This document shows, piece after piece, positions 48,477 to 58,290 of a stretch of 64,000 bases of DNA (the stretch's first letter is position 1; every line of letters begins with the position of its first letter). Under the pieces are notes generated by a model. That model did no database searches. It saw nothing but the letters and a program-made list of their open reading frames with translations, and was not told the origin of the DNA. A program made the position numbers and the translations under genes. The stretch is from assembly GCA_963750165.1 (NCBI GenBank), contig CAVVPN010000003.1, positions 1,248,001 through 1,312,000 of the forward strand, read 5' to 3'. This stretch comes from an uncultured Gemmataceae bacterium. Its GTDB lineage: Bacteria > Planctomycetota > Planctomycetia > Gemmatales > Gemmataceae.

Positions 48477-51400
48477 ATGAACTGCGACCACGCACAACCC
48501 CGACTTCTCGACCAGCTGTTCGGCCTGCTCGACGACACCGAGCAACAGGAACTGCAAGCCCATCTCGCCGGCTGCCCCGCCTGCCAGGCCGCGCTGGAAC
48601 AGGCCAAACAGCAACAACTGGTCCTCGGCATCGCCGCCAAGGGCGATTTCAGCCAGGTGAGCTTTGAGCCGCCGGCGCTGCCGCTCCGCCATCCCGCGCC
48701 GGAGCCAACCTTGCAACTGAAGCGGCCGGCCGCCGTGCGCCGCAACTGGAGCCGCTGGGGCGCCGCCGCTGCGGTCCTGCTCGCCATCGGCGCCGGCGCC
48801 GCGCTGGTCGCATGGCCGTGGGCACGCCATGCTGAGGAGATCGCCGCCGCCGAGCGCCGCCAGCATGAGGCCCAGGCCGCCCGTAGCCGCCTCGACGCCG
48901 ACGAGACCGCCCGGCAGGCGAAGGCGGACGCCGAGCTGCGCGCCGTCCACGAGCAGATCAACGTTCTCCGTGAGCGCTGGGAGCGCGAGACCAACAAGGA
49001 CATGGAAATCAGCGTCACCGGCCCCGAAGACCTGCAGGCCGGCGCTCCCACCACTTACACCATCGAAACGCATCGGCTCCTCAAGGATCAGGCCGCGTAC
49101 AGGAAGGCCCCCGCCCGCATCGGCGTCCAGGTCCTCGAAGCCAGGTCGAACAAGGTGCTGTACGCCTCCAAACAGTTGGCGAGCAACGGCAAGGTCGATT
49201 TGCAACTGCCCGGCGACCTGGCCATTACGCCCGAGACCGAACTGCTGCTGCAGGTCAACGCCGAGAACACCGACGGCAAGAAGGTTGAGGTGACCGAACG
49301 GCTCAAGCTGACCGGGCCGCGTTACCTGACGCACCTGGCCACCGACCGGCCGCTGTACCGCCCCGGCGACACCGTCCGCGCCCGCTCGCTCACGTTGCAG
49401 CGCGTCAGCCTGAAACCGCCCGCCCAGGAGCTGGAACTGCGCTTCCGCCTGACCGACGGCCAGGGCAAGAAGCTGTTCGAGCATATTGGCAACGCCCGGG
49501 TGCGGCTCGACGCCAGGACGAAGGACCTGCTCAAGGACTCGGACGGCACGGTGCTGAACGGTTACGGCGTCGCCAACTTCGCGCTGCCGGAGGAGTTGCC
49601 CGAGGGCGTCTACACGCTCACCGTCAGCGAGGAGCGCAACCGCTTCCCCGCCGAGAAGCGCACGTTCCTGGTGCGCCGCTTCCAGACGCCGCGGCTCAAC
49701 AAGGAGGTCGAGTACCACCGCGCCTCTTACGGCCCCGGTGACGCGGTGCAGGCCAACTGCGTCGTCCGCCGCGTCGAGGGTGGCGCCGCCGTCGCCGGCC
49801 AGCCCGTCGAGGCCAGCGTGCGCGTCGATGGCCAGGACGTGCCGGTCGAGCACACCGGCAAGCTCGCCACCGACGCCGCCGGCCGTGTCACGGTGAAGTT
49901 CCGCCTGCCCGAAAAGCTGGTGGACGGCCGCGGCAGCCTGTCGGTCGTCTTCCACGACGGCAAGATCATTGAGACGCTCGACCGGCCGCTGCCGATCGCC
50001 CTCAATCGGCTGCACATCGAGTTCTTCCCCGAGGGCGGTGACCTCGTCGCCGGCGCCGCCAACCGCGTTTACTTCCAGGCCCGCACGCCCCTCGGCCGGC
50101 CCGCCGAGCTGCGCGGCCAGATCATCGACCTGGGCACGTTCGGCCTGTCCGGACTCGCGCCCGGTGATCCCGTCGCCGCGGTGCAGACGCTCAGCGACGA
50201 TAAGGAACCCGGCGTCAACCAGGGCCTGGGTGCCTTCCACTTCACGCCGCGGGCGGGCCACATCTACGCCCTCAAGATCGACACGCCGAAGGGCATGCCC
50301 GGCTTCTACCCGCTGCCGGCGGTGCGCCCCGCAGGCGTCGTGCTGCACACGCCACAGGGCGTCGTGACCGACGGCATCGAGGTCAAGCTGTACAACGCCG
50401 GCCGGCCGCGTCACCTGCTGGTCGGTGCCTACTGCCGCGGCCGGCTGGTGCATCAGCAGACCGTCGCTTGCCCCGCCGACGCCGAGCGTGCCGTGGCCCT
50501 GCGGCCGCCGACCGGCGTCAATGGCGTTTTCCGCGTCACCGTCTTCGAGATGCTGCCCGACCGCGTCCTGAAGCCGCTGGCCGAACGGCTCATCTACCGC
50601 CCGGCCCGCGAGCGCCTCGCCTTCAACGTCAAGACCGACCGCGACGAATACGCTCCCGGCCAGAAGGTCACCGTCCGCGTCAACGCCGACGACGAGCAGC
50701 AGAAGCCGGCGGCCGCGGTGGCGCTGCTGGCGGTGGTCGATCACAGCGTCCTGAAGCTGGCCGACGAGAAGACCTACCGCAGTCTGCCGACGCACTTCTA
50801 CCTGACCACGGAGGTCGGCAAGGCGGACGACCTGGAGCACGCCGACTTCCTGCTGACCGACCACCCGAAGGCCACCCAGACGCTCGACCTGCTGCTGGGC
50901 ACGCAGGGCTGGCGGCGCTTCGCCGAGCAGCCCCAGCAGGACGCCGAGCAGCAAAAGGAACTGTGGATCAAGCATAAGGCCGACGCCGACCGCCTGCTGT
51001 TCGCCTCCGCCGTCACCACGCGCCAGGGCGACGAGGAACTGTTCCAGAAATTGGCCGTCACGCTCGTGACTGAGGCGAAGGAGCTGAAGCGCAAGCACCA
51101 GCAAGTGGTGACGGATCGGCAAGCCCGCGTGGCGCAGGCCGCGGCCGAACGCAAGCGCCTGCAGTCGGAGGAATACACGGCCACGGTGGACATTGGCGAC
51201 GCCGAGGCGGGGTTGACCGGTTATCAAAACCAACTGGTCCACGTCGGCGGTAAACTGGCGGCGCTCGGGCTGCTGGTGCTGGGCTTCGTCGGCATCATCG
51301 TCGGCGCCATGCGCAGCAGCCATCATCAAAAGGAGGGCCGCCTGGCGCTGACGGCCGGTTTCGGCGCGTTCGTGCTGCTGGTGGTCGGCGGCTTCGCTGT

Positions 51401-54317
51401 CGTGCTGTACACCGCTGGCCAACAGGGGGGCTCGGAATCAAACGGCCGTTTGCTCGTGTTGTTTGATAAGTCCGAAGCGATGAAGGAAAAAGAAAAGGCC
51501 ATGGACAAGGCGGCAGCGAAGCAGTGGACGGAGGTTGACGGCAAGGAGGAAAAGGAGCTTCGAAACGCATTGCCGGAAATCTTACAAGCTCAGCGGAATG
51601 CACCCGTCATGTTGACGCGCGTCAAGGTGTTCGATGACGCAGGGCTGGGGGACGAAATCCGCCAACTCAACGAGTTGCTCCGCGAACAGAAGGGCATCAG
51701 GGGTCAGCTGGAAATCGGTCTCGATCCCAAGCAGGGCAAACAGAGACCCGCTGACAAGAAAGAACCGCCGGCCAAGCGCGACCCGGAAGGCCAAGGCAAA
51801 GCAGTGATGGGGAAGGATAAGATGCCTGAACCTGCCTTGGAGCTTATGGTCCCCGCCGGCATCGTCGCCAAGGATCTGCCTCTCGGAGCGAAACTCCGAC
51901 AATTGGCCCTGCAACAGGGGGAACAAGAGATCCTGCCATTGCTGGAACGCATGGACGACGGTAAGCGTGGTCAGAACTTCCAACTCAAGGCCCTTGTGGG
52001 GGAGTACCTCCAGGCCGGCGGCGAGAAACGCAAGAAGTTCTTCCGCGAGATGGAAGGGCTCGAACCGCATCTGCGGCGCAGGCTCGTCCAGCTGCTGGAA
52101 CAGGCGTATGAGCCCTGGGTGGTGCGGCAGTACGCTCACAAGCACACCGCGGCGGCCGACGCGCTCCGCACCGACTTCACCGACACCGTCTGCTGGCAGC
52201 CCGTGCTGGTGCTGCCCGCCGGCAAGACCACCGAGGTGCAGTTCGACCTCAACGACTCCGTGACGCGCTTCCAGATCCTCGTCGCCGGCTGCGACGCCGA
52301 CGGCCGGCTCGGCAGCGCCACGAAAGAATTCGCGGCGAAGCTGCCGTTCAGCCTGCACCCCAAACTGCCGGGCGAAATCAGCAGCGGCGACCGGCTCACG
52401 GTGCCGGTGACGCTCGCCAACGACACGAAGCAGCCGAGCCAGGTGACCGTCTCCGTCAAGGCCGACGGCCTCAAGGTGGCGGGCGCCGCCGCGGTGACCC
52501 GCAAGGTCGGCGGCCAGACGCGGACACGGACGCTGTTCGACCTGACGCCCACCACGGTGGACGGCGTCGCCACGCTGCGTTTCCTGGGCCGCGGCGACCC
52601 GTTCGGCCTCGACGCCATCCAGAAGAAGATTCGCATTGTCCCCGATGGCTATCCCGTGGAAAAATCGCTGAGCGACGTGCTCAGCGGCAACGTTGTCAAC
52701 ACGGTGACGCTGCCGGGGCGGCGCGACCAGTGGGTGGCGGGCACGCTGAAGCTGCAGGCCCAGGTGTTCCCGTCAACGCTATCCGAATTGCAGCAGAGCA
52801 TGGCGGGGATGCTGCGCGAGCCCTACGGCTGCTTCGAGCAGACCAGCAGCAGCAATTATCCGAACGCGCTCATCCTCAGCTACCTGAAGGAGCACGGCCA
52901 GGTGCAGCCGGACATCGAGAAGCGGGCGCAGGACCTGCTGACGCGCGGCTACGCCCGGCTGATCGGCTTCGAGTGCAACAACCCGAACCCGCAGCAGGGG
53001 CCGCCGAAGCGGGGCTTCGAGTGGTTCGGCGGCAATGCTCCGCCGCACGAGGCCCTGACCGCCTACGGCCTGCTGGAGTTCACCGACATGGCGAAGGTAT
53101 TCCCGGTGGACATGGACATGGTGGCGCGGACGAAGACATTCCTGCTGAAGCAGCGCGACGGCAACGGCGGTTTCAACAAGCGGCAGGGCGGCTTCGATGG
53201 CTTCGGCCGGGCGCCGGCGGAATTGACCGACGCTTACATCCTGTGGGCGCTGTCCGAGGCCGGCGCCGCCAATGAAATCCAGCGTGAACTGAACGCCCAG
53301 CACGCCGCGGCGAAGGTCAGCAAGGATTCGTACTTCATCGCGCTGATCGGCCTGAGCTTGCAGAACGCCGGCCGCACGGACGACGCGGTGGCGCTGCTGC
53401 GGCGGCTGCTGGCGGCGCAGCAAAAAGACGGCCACGTCGGCGGCGCCACGACGAGCATCACGCGCTCCGGTGGCCAGAATTTGCACCTGGAGACGACGGC
53501 GCTGGCGGTGCTGGGCTGGCAGAAGGCCAAACGGCCCGACTTCCAGGCGCCGATCCAGAAGGCGATTCGCTGGATTGGTCAGCAGCGCAACGGCGGCGGC
53601 TCGTTCGGCACGACACAGGCGACGGTGCTGTCGCTCAAGGCGCTGCTGACGCACGCCCGCGACAGCAAGCACATGGCGAAGGACGGCGAGGTGCGGCTGT
53701 ACGTCGGCACTGCGAAGGACCCGGTGGTGGTGCAGAAGTTCACGGCCGGCCAGCAGGGGGTGATCACGCTGCCGCTGGCGGACGTGGAGAAGTTGCTGCA
53801 ACCGGGCGACAATCAGGTGCGGCTGGAGCTGACGGGCGGCAACGTGCTGCCGTACACGCTGGCGTGGTCGTACCGGACGGTGACGCCGGTGTCGCACGCC
53901 GACGCGCCGCTGTCGCTGCTGACGAAGCTGGACCGTAACGCCGCGAAGGAGGGCGACACGGTGCGGCTGACGGTCGAGCTGAAGAGCGTCAAGAAGGCGG
54001 ACGGCATGGCGGTCGCGGTGATCGGCCTGCCCGCGGGGCTGATGCTGCCGGACAACCTGGAAGAGTTGAAGCAGCTGGTGAAGCTGCGCGACAACGGCAC
54101 GAAGCCGGGCGAGGTGGATCACTTCGAGGTGCAGGGCCGCGAGCTGGTGCTGTACTGGCGGCAGGCGCCGGCGGCGCGGACGGTGACGTTGTCGCTGATC
54201 TGTCAGAACCCGGGCACGTTCCGCGGGCCGGCGAGCCGGGCGTACCTGTATTATCAGCCGGAGCGCAAGGCGTGGGTCGAGCCGCTGGGCGTGACCGTGA
54301 CGCCAGCGGCAGAGTGA
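48477..54317 (+). CDS. Fusion of a zf-HC2 anti-sigma domain, a TM helix and an alpha-2-macroglobulin family thioester protein
   Basis: MNC...HLAGCPAC; TM; TDRPLYRPGD (MG2); TDRDEYAPGQKV..AVVDHSVL; RTDFTDTVCW; PYGCFEQTSS thioester; GFEWFG; ASRAYLYY C-terminus. Confidence 0.92.
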   Translation: MNCDHAQPRLLDQLFGLLDDTEQQELQAHLAGCPACQAALEQAKQQQLVLGIAAKGDFSQVSFEPPALPLRHPAPEPTLQLKRPAAVRRNWSRWGAAAAVLLAIGAGAALVAWPWARHAEEIAAAERRQHEAQAARSRLDADETARQAKADAELRAVHEQINVLRERWERETNKDMEISVTGPEDLQAGAPTTYTIETHRLLKDQAAYRKAPARIGVQVLEARSNKVLYASKQLASNGKVDLQLPGDLAITPETELLLQVNAENTDGKKVEVTERLKLTGPRYLTHLATDRPLYRPGDTVRARSLTLQRVSLKPPAQELELRFRLTDGQGKKLFEHIGNARVRLDARTKDLLKDSDGTVLNGYGVANFALPEELPEGVYTLTVSEERNRFPAEKRTFLVRRFQTPRLNKEVEYHRASYGPGDAVQANCVVRRVEGGAAVAGQPVEASVRVDGQDVPVEHTGKLATDAAGRVTVKFRLPEKLVDGRGSLSVVFHDGKIIETLDRPLPIALNRLHIEFFPEGGDLVAGAANRVYFQARTPLGRPAELRGQIIDLGTFGLSGLAPGDPVAAVQTLSDDKEPGVNQGLGAFHFTPRAGHIYALKIDTPKGMPGFYPLPAVRPAGVVLHTPQGVVTDGIEVKLYNAGRPRHLLVGAYCRGRLVHQQTVACPADAERAVALRPPTGVNGVFRVTVFEMLPDRVLKPLAERLIYRPARERLAFNVKTDRDEYAPGQKVTVRVNADDEQQKPAAAVALLAVVDHSVLKLADEKTYRSLPTHFYLTTEVGKADDLEHADFLLTDHPKATQTLDLLLGTQGWRRFAEQPQQDAEQQKELWIKHKADADRLLFASAVTTRQGDEELFQKLAVTLVTEAKELKRKHQQVVTDRQARVAQAAAERKRLQSEEYTATVDIGDAEAGLTGYQNQLVHVGGKLAALGLLVLGFVGIIVGAMRSSHHQKEGRLALTAGFGAFVLLVVGGFAVVLYTAGQQGGSESNGRLLVLFDKSEAMKEKEKAMDKAAAKQWTEVDGKEEKELRNALPEILQAQRNAPVMLTRVKVFDDAGLGDEIRQLNELLREQKGIRGQLEIGLDPKQGKQRPADKKEPPAKRDPEGQGKAVMGKDKMPEPALELMVPAGIVAKDLPLGAKLRQLALQQGEQEILPLLERMDDGKRGQNFQLKALVGEYLQAGGEKRKKFFREMEGLEPHLRRRLVQLLEQAYEPWVVRQYAHKHTAAADALRTDFTDTVCWQPVLVLPAGKTTEVQFDLNDSVTRFQILVAGCDADGRLGSATKEFAAKLPFSLHPKLPGEISSGDRLTVPVTLANDTKQPSQVTVSVKADGLKVAGAAAVTRKVGGQTRTRTLFDLTPTTVDGVATLRFLGRGDPFGLDAIQKKIRIVPDGYPVEKSLSDVLSGNVVNTVTLPGRRDQWVAGTLKLQAQVFPSTLSELQQSMAGMLREPYGCFEQTSSSNYPNALILSYLKEHGQVQPDIEKRAQDLLTRGYARLIGFECNNPNPQQGPPKRGFEWFGGNAPPHEALTAYGLLEFTDMAKVFPVDMDMVARTKTFLLKQRDGNGGFNKRQGGFDGFGRAPAELTDAYILWALSEAGAANEIQRELNAQHAAAKVSKDSYFIALIGLSLQNAGRTDDAVALLRRLLAAQQKDGHVGGATTSITRSGGQNLHLETTALAVLGWQKAKRPDFQAPIQKAIRWIGQQRNGGGSFGTTQATVLSLKALLTHARDSKHMAKDGEVRLYVGTAKDPVVVQKFTAGQQGVITLPLADVEKLLQPGDNQVRLELTGGNVLPYTLAWSYRTVTPVSHADAPLSLLTKLDRNAAKEGDTVRLTVELKSVKKADGMAVAVIGLPAGLMLPDNLEELKQLVKLRDNGTKPGEVDHFEVQGRELVLYWRQAPAARTVTLSLICQNPGTFRGPASRAYLYYQPERKAWVEPLGVTVTPAAE

Positions 54318-54325
54318 CGGGAAGA

Positions 54326-54397
54326 GCGCCAAGCCGCAAGCGGCAGAAAGCTGGGGTGACGCGTCATCCCTTCTTTCTGCCGCTTGCGGCTTGGTGC
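54326..54397. repeat. Family B palindrome (arms in reversed order) after the A2M stop
   Basis: gcgccaagccgcaagcggcagaaag...ctttctgccgcttgcggcttggtgc. Confidence 0.85.
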
Positions 54398-54658
54398 GGG
54401 GGCCAGGCACATCCTGGGCGAGGCGTCAGCCGGTGCCATTCTCGACGTGCGAAAATGTTGGCCCCCTTGGCCCCCTTGGCCCCCTTGCTCGGTCAGCCGG
54501 CGTCACCGTGCGACGCGCTGTGCCAGCAAGGCATCCGCATCTCGACGTATGAAAAAGTTGGCGTTCTTGGCGTTCTTGGCGTCCTTGCTATGCCGCCAAC
54601 CGTCACCCAGGGCCACGCTTGCACAGCATGCCTTTTGATCCTGAATTAGCGCTCCACC

Positions 54659-56802
54659 TCACGCCGGATAAAATCCCTTGCCCGCTGCCGCCAGCTTGCG
54701 CATCTGCTCCGTCGGCTGGAAGCGCAGCCCCAGCGCTTCGTAGCGGCTCAGCTTTTCCAGCACCGTCTTGAGCCCGAGCGTGTCCGCCCAGCGCAGGATG
54801 CCGCCGCGGAACGGCGGAAAGCCGATGCCCAGAATCAGGCCCATGTCCACGTCGCCCGGCTCGCGCACAATGCCCTCGGTCAGCACCCGGCTTGCCTCCA
54901 CCAGCATCGGCAGGAACAACCGATCCGTCAGTTCCTCCTGCGTGAACTGCTTCTGCCCGGTGCGCACGCGCTCCAGGATCGCCGCGAACGCCGGATCGTC
55001 CGCGCCCTTGCCGCCCTTCAGGTAGCTGTAAAAGCCGGCCCCGCTCTTCTGACCGAGCCGGCCCGCGGCGACCAGCTCGCCGAGGATGCGCGTCGGCTTC
55101 GCCCGGTCGGCGAACGCGGTGTTGACCACCTGCCCCGCATACAGCGACGTGTCCAGGCCCACCAGATCGTTGAGCGTCACCGGCCCCATCGGCATGCCGA
55201 ACGCCACCGCCGCTTTATCGATGTCGCGCGGGTTGGCCCCCTCCTCCAGCAGCACCAGCGACTCGTTGAGGTACGGGAACAGGATGCGATTCACCAGGAA
55301 CCCCGGACAGTCGCGCACGACAATCGGCGTCTTGCCGATGCGCCGCGCCAGCGCCACCAGCGTCGCCACCGCCTCGTCGCCGGTCTTTTCTCCGCGGATC
55401 ACCTCCACCAGCTGCATGCGATCCACCGGGTTGAAGAAGTGCATGCCCGCGAAGCGCTCCGGCCGAGACCACGCCTGGGCCATGCGCGTGATGGAAATCG
55501 TCGAGGTGTTCGACGCCAGAATCACGTCCTGCCGCAGAATCTGTCGCAGCTGGCCATACATCTCCGTCTTGGCCGCCTCATTCTCGACGATGGCCTCGAT
55601 GACCACGTCGCAGTCGCGCAGCAGTTCCAGGTTGCTGGTCGTGGTCAGGCGCATCATGGCCGTGATCATTTCCGCGGGCGTCATGCGGCCGATCTCAATA
55701 CGGCCCTGCATGCTCTTGGCGATGGCGGCGACGCCCTTCTCCAGCGCCGCGGGCACCTTGTCGATCATGACGGCAGGCAGACCGCGGCGGATGTGAGCGC
55801 CGGCGATGCCCGCGCCCATGATGCCGGCGCCGAGCACACCGACGCGCTGCACGTCGCGCGGTTTTACATTCGGATCGCTGACGCCGGGATCCTTCGCCAG
55901 CCGCTGCTGCTGGAAAAAGATGGCGATCAGGTTGCGCGAGATCGGGCTGCCGACCAGTGGCAGGAACGACTCCGTTTCGACCTGGAGGCCGTCCGTTAGC
56001 GGCAGGTTACAGCCCTTGATGATCGCGTCCAGCGCTGCCAGCGGCGCCGGCAGCTGGCCCCTGGTTTTCATCAGCACCTGCCCGCGCACCACCGCGGCGG
56101 TGAAGCTCAACTCCTCCTCGGTGAGACCGACCGGTTGCCGCTTGCGCCGGCGCAACTCCTGCCAGTCGCCGCTGTCGATGGACCAGTGGATGAGCCGCAC
56201 CGCCTCGTCCTGGAGGCGTTCGCTCGGCACCGCGTCGAAGACGATGTGCAGCTCGCGCGCCGCTGGGCGTTGACCGCGTCGCCGGGGCAGATCAGCTCCG
56301 CCGCCAGTGCCGGGCCGATGAGCCGCGTCAGCCGCTGCGTGCCGCCCCAACCGGGGATGATGCCGATTTTCGTCTCGGGCAAACCGATCTCCGTCTTCGG
56401 ATGCGAGCCGGCCAGGCGGTAGTCGAAGCCGAGCGCGAATTCCGTGCCGCCACCCATGCAGGCACCGTCGATCAGCGCCACCGTCGGGAACGGCAGTTCC
56501 TCGAACGCGGCGATGATGTTCAGGCCGCGGGCGGTTAGCTTGCGCATCATGTCCGGCGTCGCGTTGCTGGCGCCGAGTTCCTTCAGGTCGGCCCCGGCGA
56601 TGAACATGCCCGGCTTGCCGCTGCGCAGGATCAGGCCGCGCACGTCCGTGCGGCCCCGGAGTTCGGCGAGCACCTGCTCGAACTCCGCCTGGATGGGCTG
56701 GCCGAGCGTGTTGGCCCGGCTGCCGGGCAGGTCGAAGGTCAACACCGCGATGCCGTCCTCGCCGATGTGCAGGCCGAGGGCCGCCGAAGACGCCTGTGCC
56801 AT
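54659..56802 (-). CDS. fadB: Fatty acid oxidation complex alpha subunit (enoyl-CoA hydratase/3-hydroxyacyl-CoA dehydrogenase); frameshift near 56263
   Basis: FIAGADL, GGGTEFAL, GLPETKIG in the first frame; GAGIMGAG, EAIVE, SNTS, GMHFFNP, GFLVNR in the second; FadB vs FadJ not resolved. Confidence 0.9.
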
Positions 56803-56823
56803 TTCTTCATCCTCCTTCGGAGG

Positions 56824-56934
56824 AGTCATTAGCCATTAGTCATTAGTCATTAGTTATCTGGGTTGGGGAGCCGGGCGAGCGTCTCGGCTCCCCAACCCAG
56901 ATAACTAATGACTAATGACTGATGACTAATGACT
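56824..56934. repeat. Palindrome with heptamer (AGTCATT/AATGACT) tandem arms
   Basis: Four heptamers on each side of tatctgggttggggagccg...cggctccccaacccagata. Confidence 0.85.
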
Positions 56935-56937
56935 CTT

Positions 56938-57705
56938 TCAGTCCAGTTCCTTGATGTAGATGTTCTTGAACTGCACCAGGCTGGGCGGCCCACTCCACTG
57001 ATTCGTCCTGGCGTTCCAGCCGCCGTGATGCTGCAGCGCAATCGGCCCCTCCGCCGGAATGCCCGGCAGCTGCGCGTTCGTGATGACCTCCGCGCCGTTC
57101 AGCTTCACCCACAATCGGTCGCCCTTCAACGTGATCTCGAACGTGTTCCACTGACCGCGCGGCCGATCCATCTTCTTCTTTGGCGTCACGCCGGCGCGGA
57201 CCTCCTTCGGCATCTTCGCATCCATGCGGTAGCCGTACACCTCGCCCGAACCGACCGGCCACATCCAGATGTTCACCTGCGCCTTTGAACTGCCCCGCAG
57301 GTAGATGCCGGAGTCCACGTCTTCCAGTTCGACCTTGAGTTCCTTGCCGTTCGCGTCCTTCTTGTGGCTGCCGTCCGGCAGAATGACGGGCACCTTGTTC
57401 ATGTAGCCCTTGTCGGTCTTCAGCCGCCAATCAACACGCAGCACGAAGTTCTTGTAGGACTTCTGCGTCCACAGGTTCTTGTCCTTCTTGGCCTCGCTTT
57501 TGGCGTCGTAGTCGATGACACCGCCGTCGAGGATTTTCCAGTGACCGTTGTCGCCCGTGGGCACCTTCCAGCCGTCGAAGCTCTTGCCGTTGAACAGGAC
57601 CTTGAAGCCGGGCGGCGGTGTGTTGTCCGCCCCGGTCTGGCCTGGCGCCCCCAGCGCCAGCACCGCCACGACCAGCGGCGCCGGCAGCCAGCGCTTGTGC
57701 AGCAT
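56938..57705 (-). CDS. DUF1080 (3-keto-disaccharide hydrolase-like) secreted protein
   Basis: LFNGKSFDGW, DSGIYLRG, GQWNTFEI, GPIALQHHG, FKNIYIKEL. Confidence 0.92.
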   Translation of the reverse strand: MLHKRWLPAPLVVAVLALGAPGQTGADNTPPPGFKVLFNGKSFDGWKVPTGDNGHWKILDGGVIDYDAKSEAKKDKNLWTQKSYKNFVLRVDWRLKTDKGYMNKVPVILPDGSHKKDANGKELKVELEDVDSGIYLRGSSKAQVNIWMWPVGSGEVYGYRMDAKMPKEVRAGVTPKKKMDRPRGQWNTFEITLKGDRLWVKLNGAEVITNAQLPGIPAEGPIALQHHGGWNARTNQWSGPPSLVQFKNIYIKELD

Positions 57706-57883
57706 GATGAACCTCCTTTGCGCTTCAGATGGTGAATACGCTCAGTCACAAGCTACGCAAAACGCGGGCAAAAAGAAGGCCGCGGGGCCGCCTGGCTTTG
57801 CGCCGCGGCGCTTGTAAAATGAAGGAAGAACAGCCCGCATCCACCCCCGCCGGATCGTCCCGGCGCTAGAAGGAGATCCACTC

Positions 57884-58264
57884 ATGGCGAAGGGCGCCGG
57901 CAAGGCTCGCAAGAAGTTACCGAAGGAACTCGCCGTCGTGCGCGCCGACAACTGCACCGGCTGCGAGGCCTGCATCGAAGTCTGTCCCGTCGATTGCATT
58001 TACAAGGTGCCCGGCGAGGAGCTGCCAACGCTGCAAAGCTTCGTGGACATCGACCTGGAACGCTGCATCGGCTGCGAGCTGTGCGCCAAGTGGTGCCCGT
58101 GGGACGCCATCGACATGGTGCCGACCATGCAAATCGCGGTCGCCGTCGCCGAAAAGGGCGGGCCGCCGGAGTACGTCGAGAAGAACTGGGACAAGCTGGT
58201 CGGCGCCGCCCAGTCGCTGGTGGAGCTGGCCGCCGAACAGCAGGCCGCCGCAGTCAAGAAATGA
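57884..58264 (+). CDS. 2x[4Fe-4S] ferredoxin-like protein
   Basis: CTGCEACIEVCP and CIGCELCAKWCP; AAGGAG RBS. Confidence 0.92.
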   Translation: MAKGAGKARKKLPKELAVVRADNCTGCEACIEVCPVDCIYKVPGEELPTLQSFVDIDLERCIGCELCAKWCPWDAIDMVPTMQIAVAVAEKGGPPEYVEKNWDKLVGAAQSLVELAAEQQAAAVKK

Positions 58265-58290
58265 CGGCCCAGCCGTTGAGGGAGCGAACC

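Noticed and set aside
54439..54590. Two spaced motif copies as a mini-CRISPR
   Set aside because: Only two degenerate copies, wrong spacing and internal tandem nonamers
57994..58290. Upstream extension of the peroxidase ORF overlapping the ferredoxin
   Set aside because: Alternative-frame read-through; the ferredoxin frame has clear Cys motifs and ATG 58291 has an RBS
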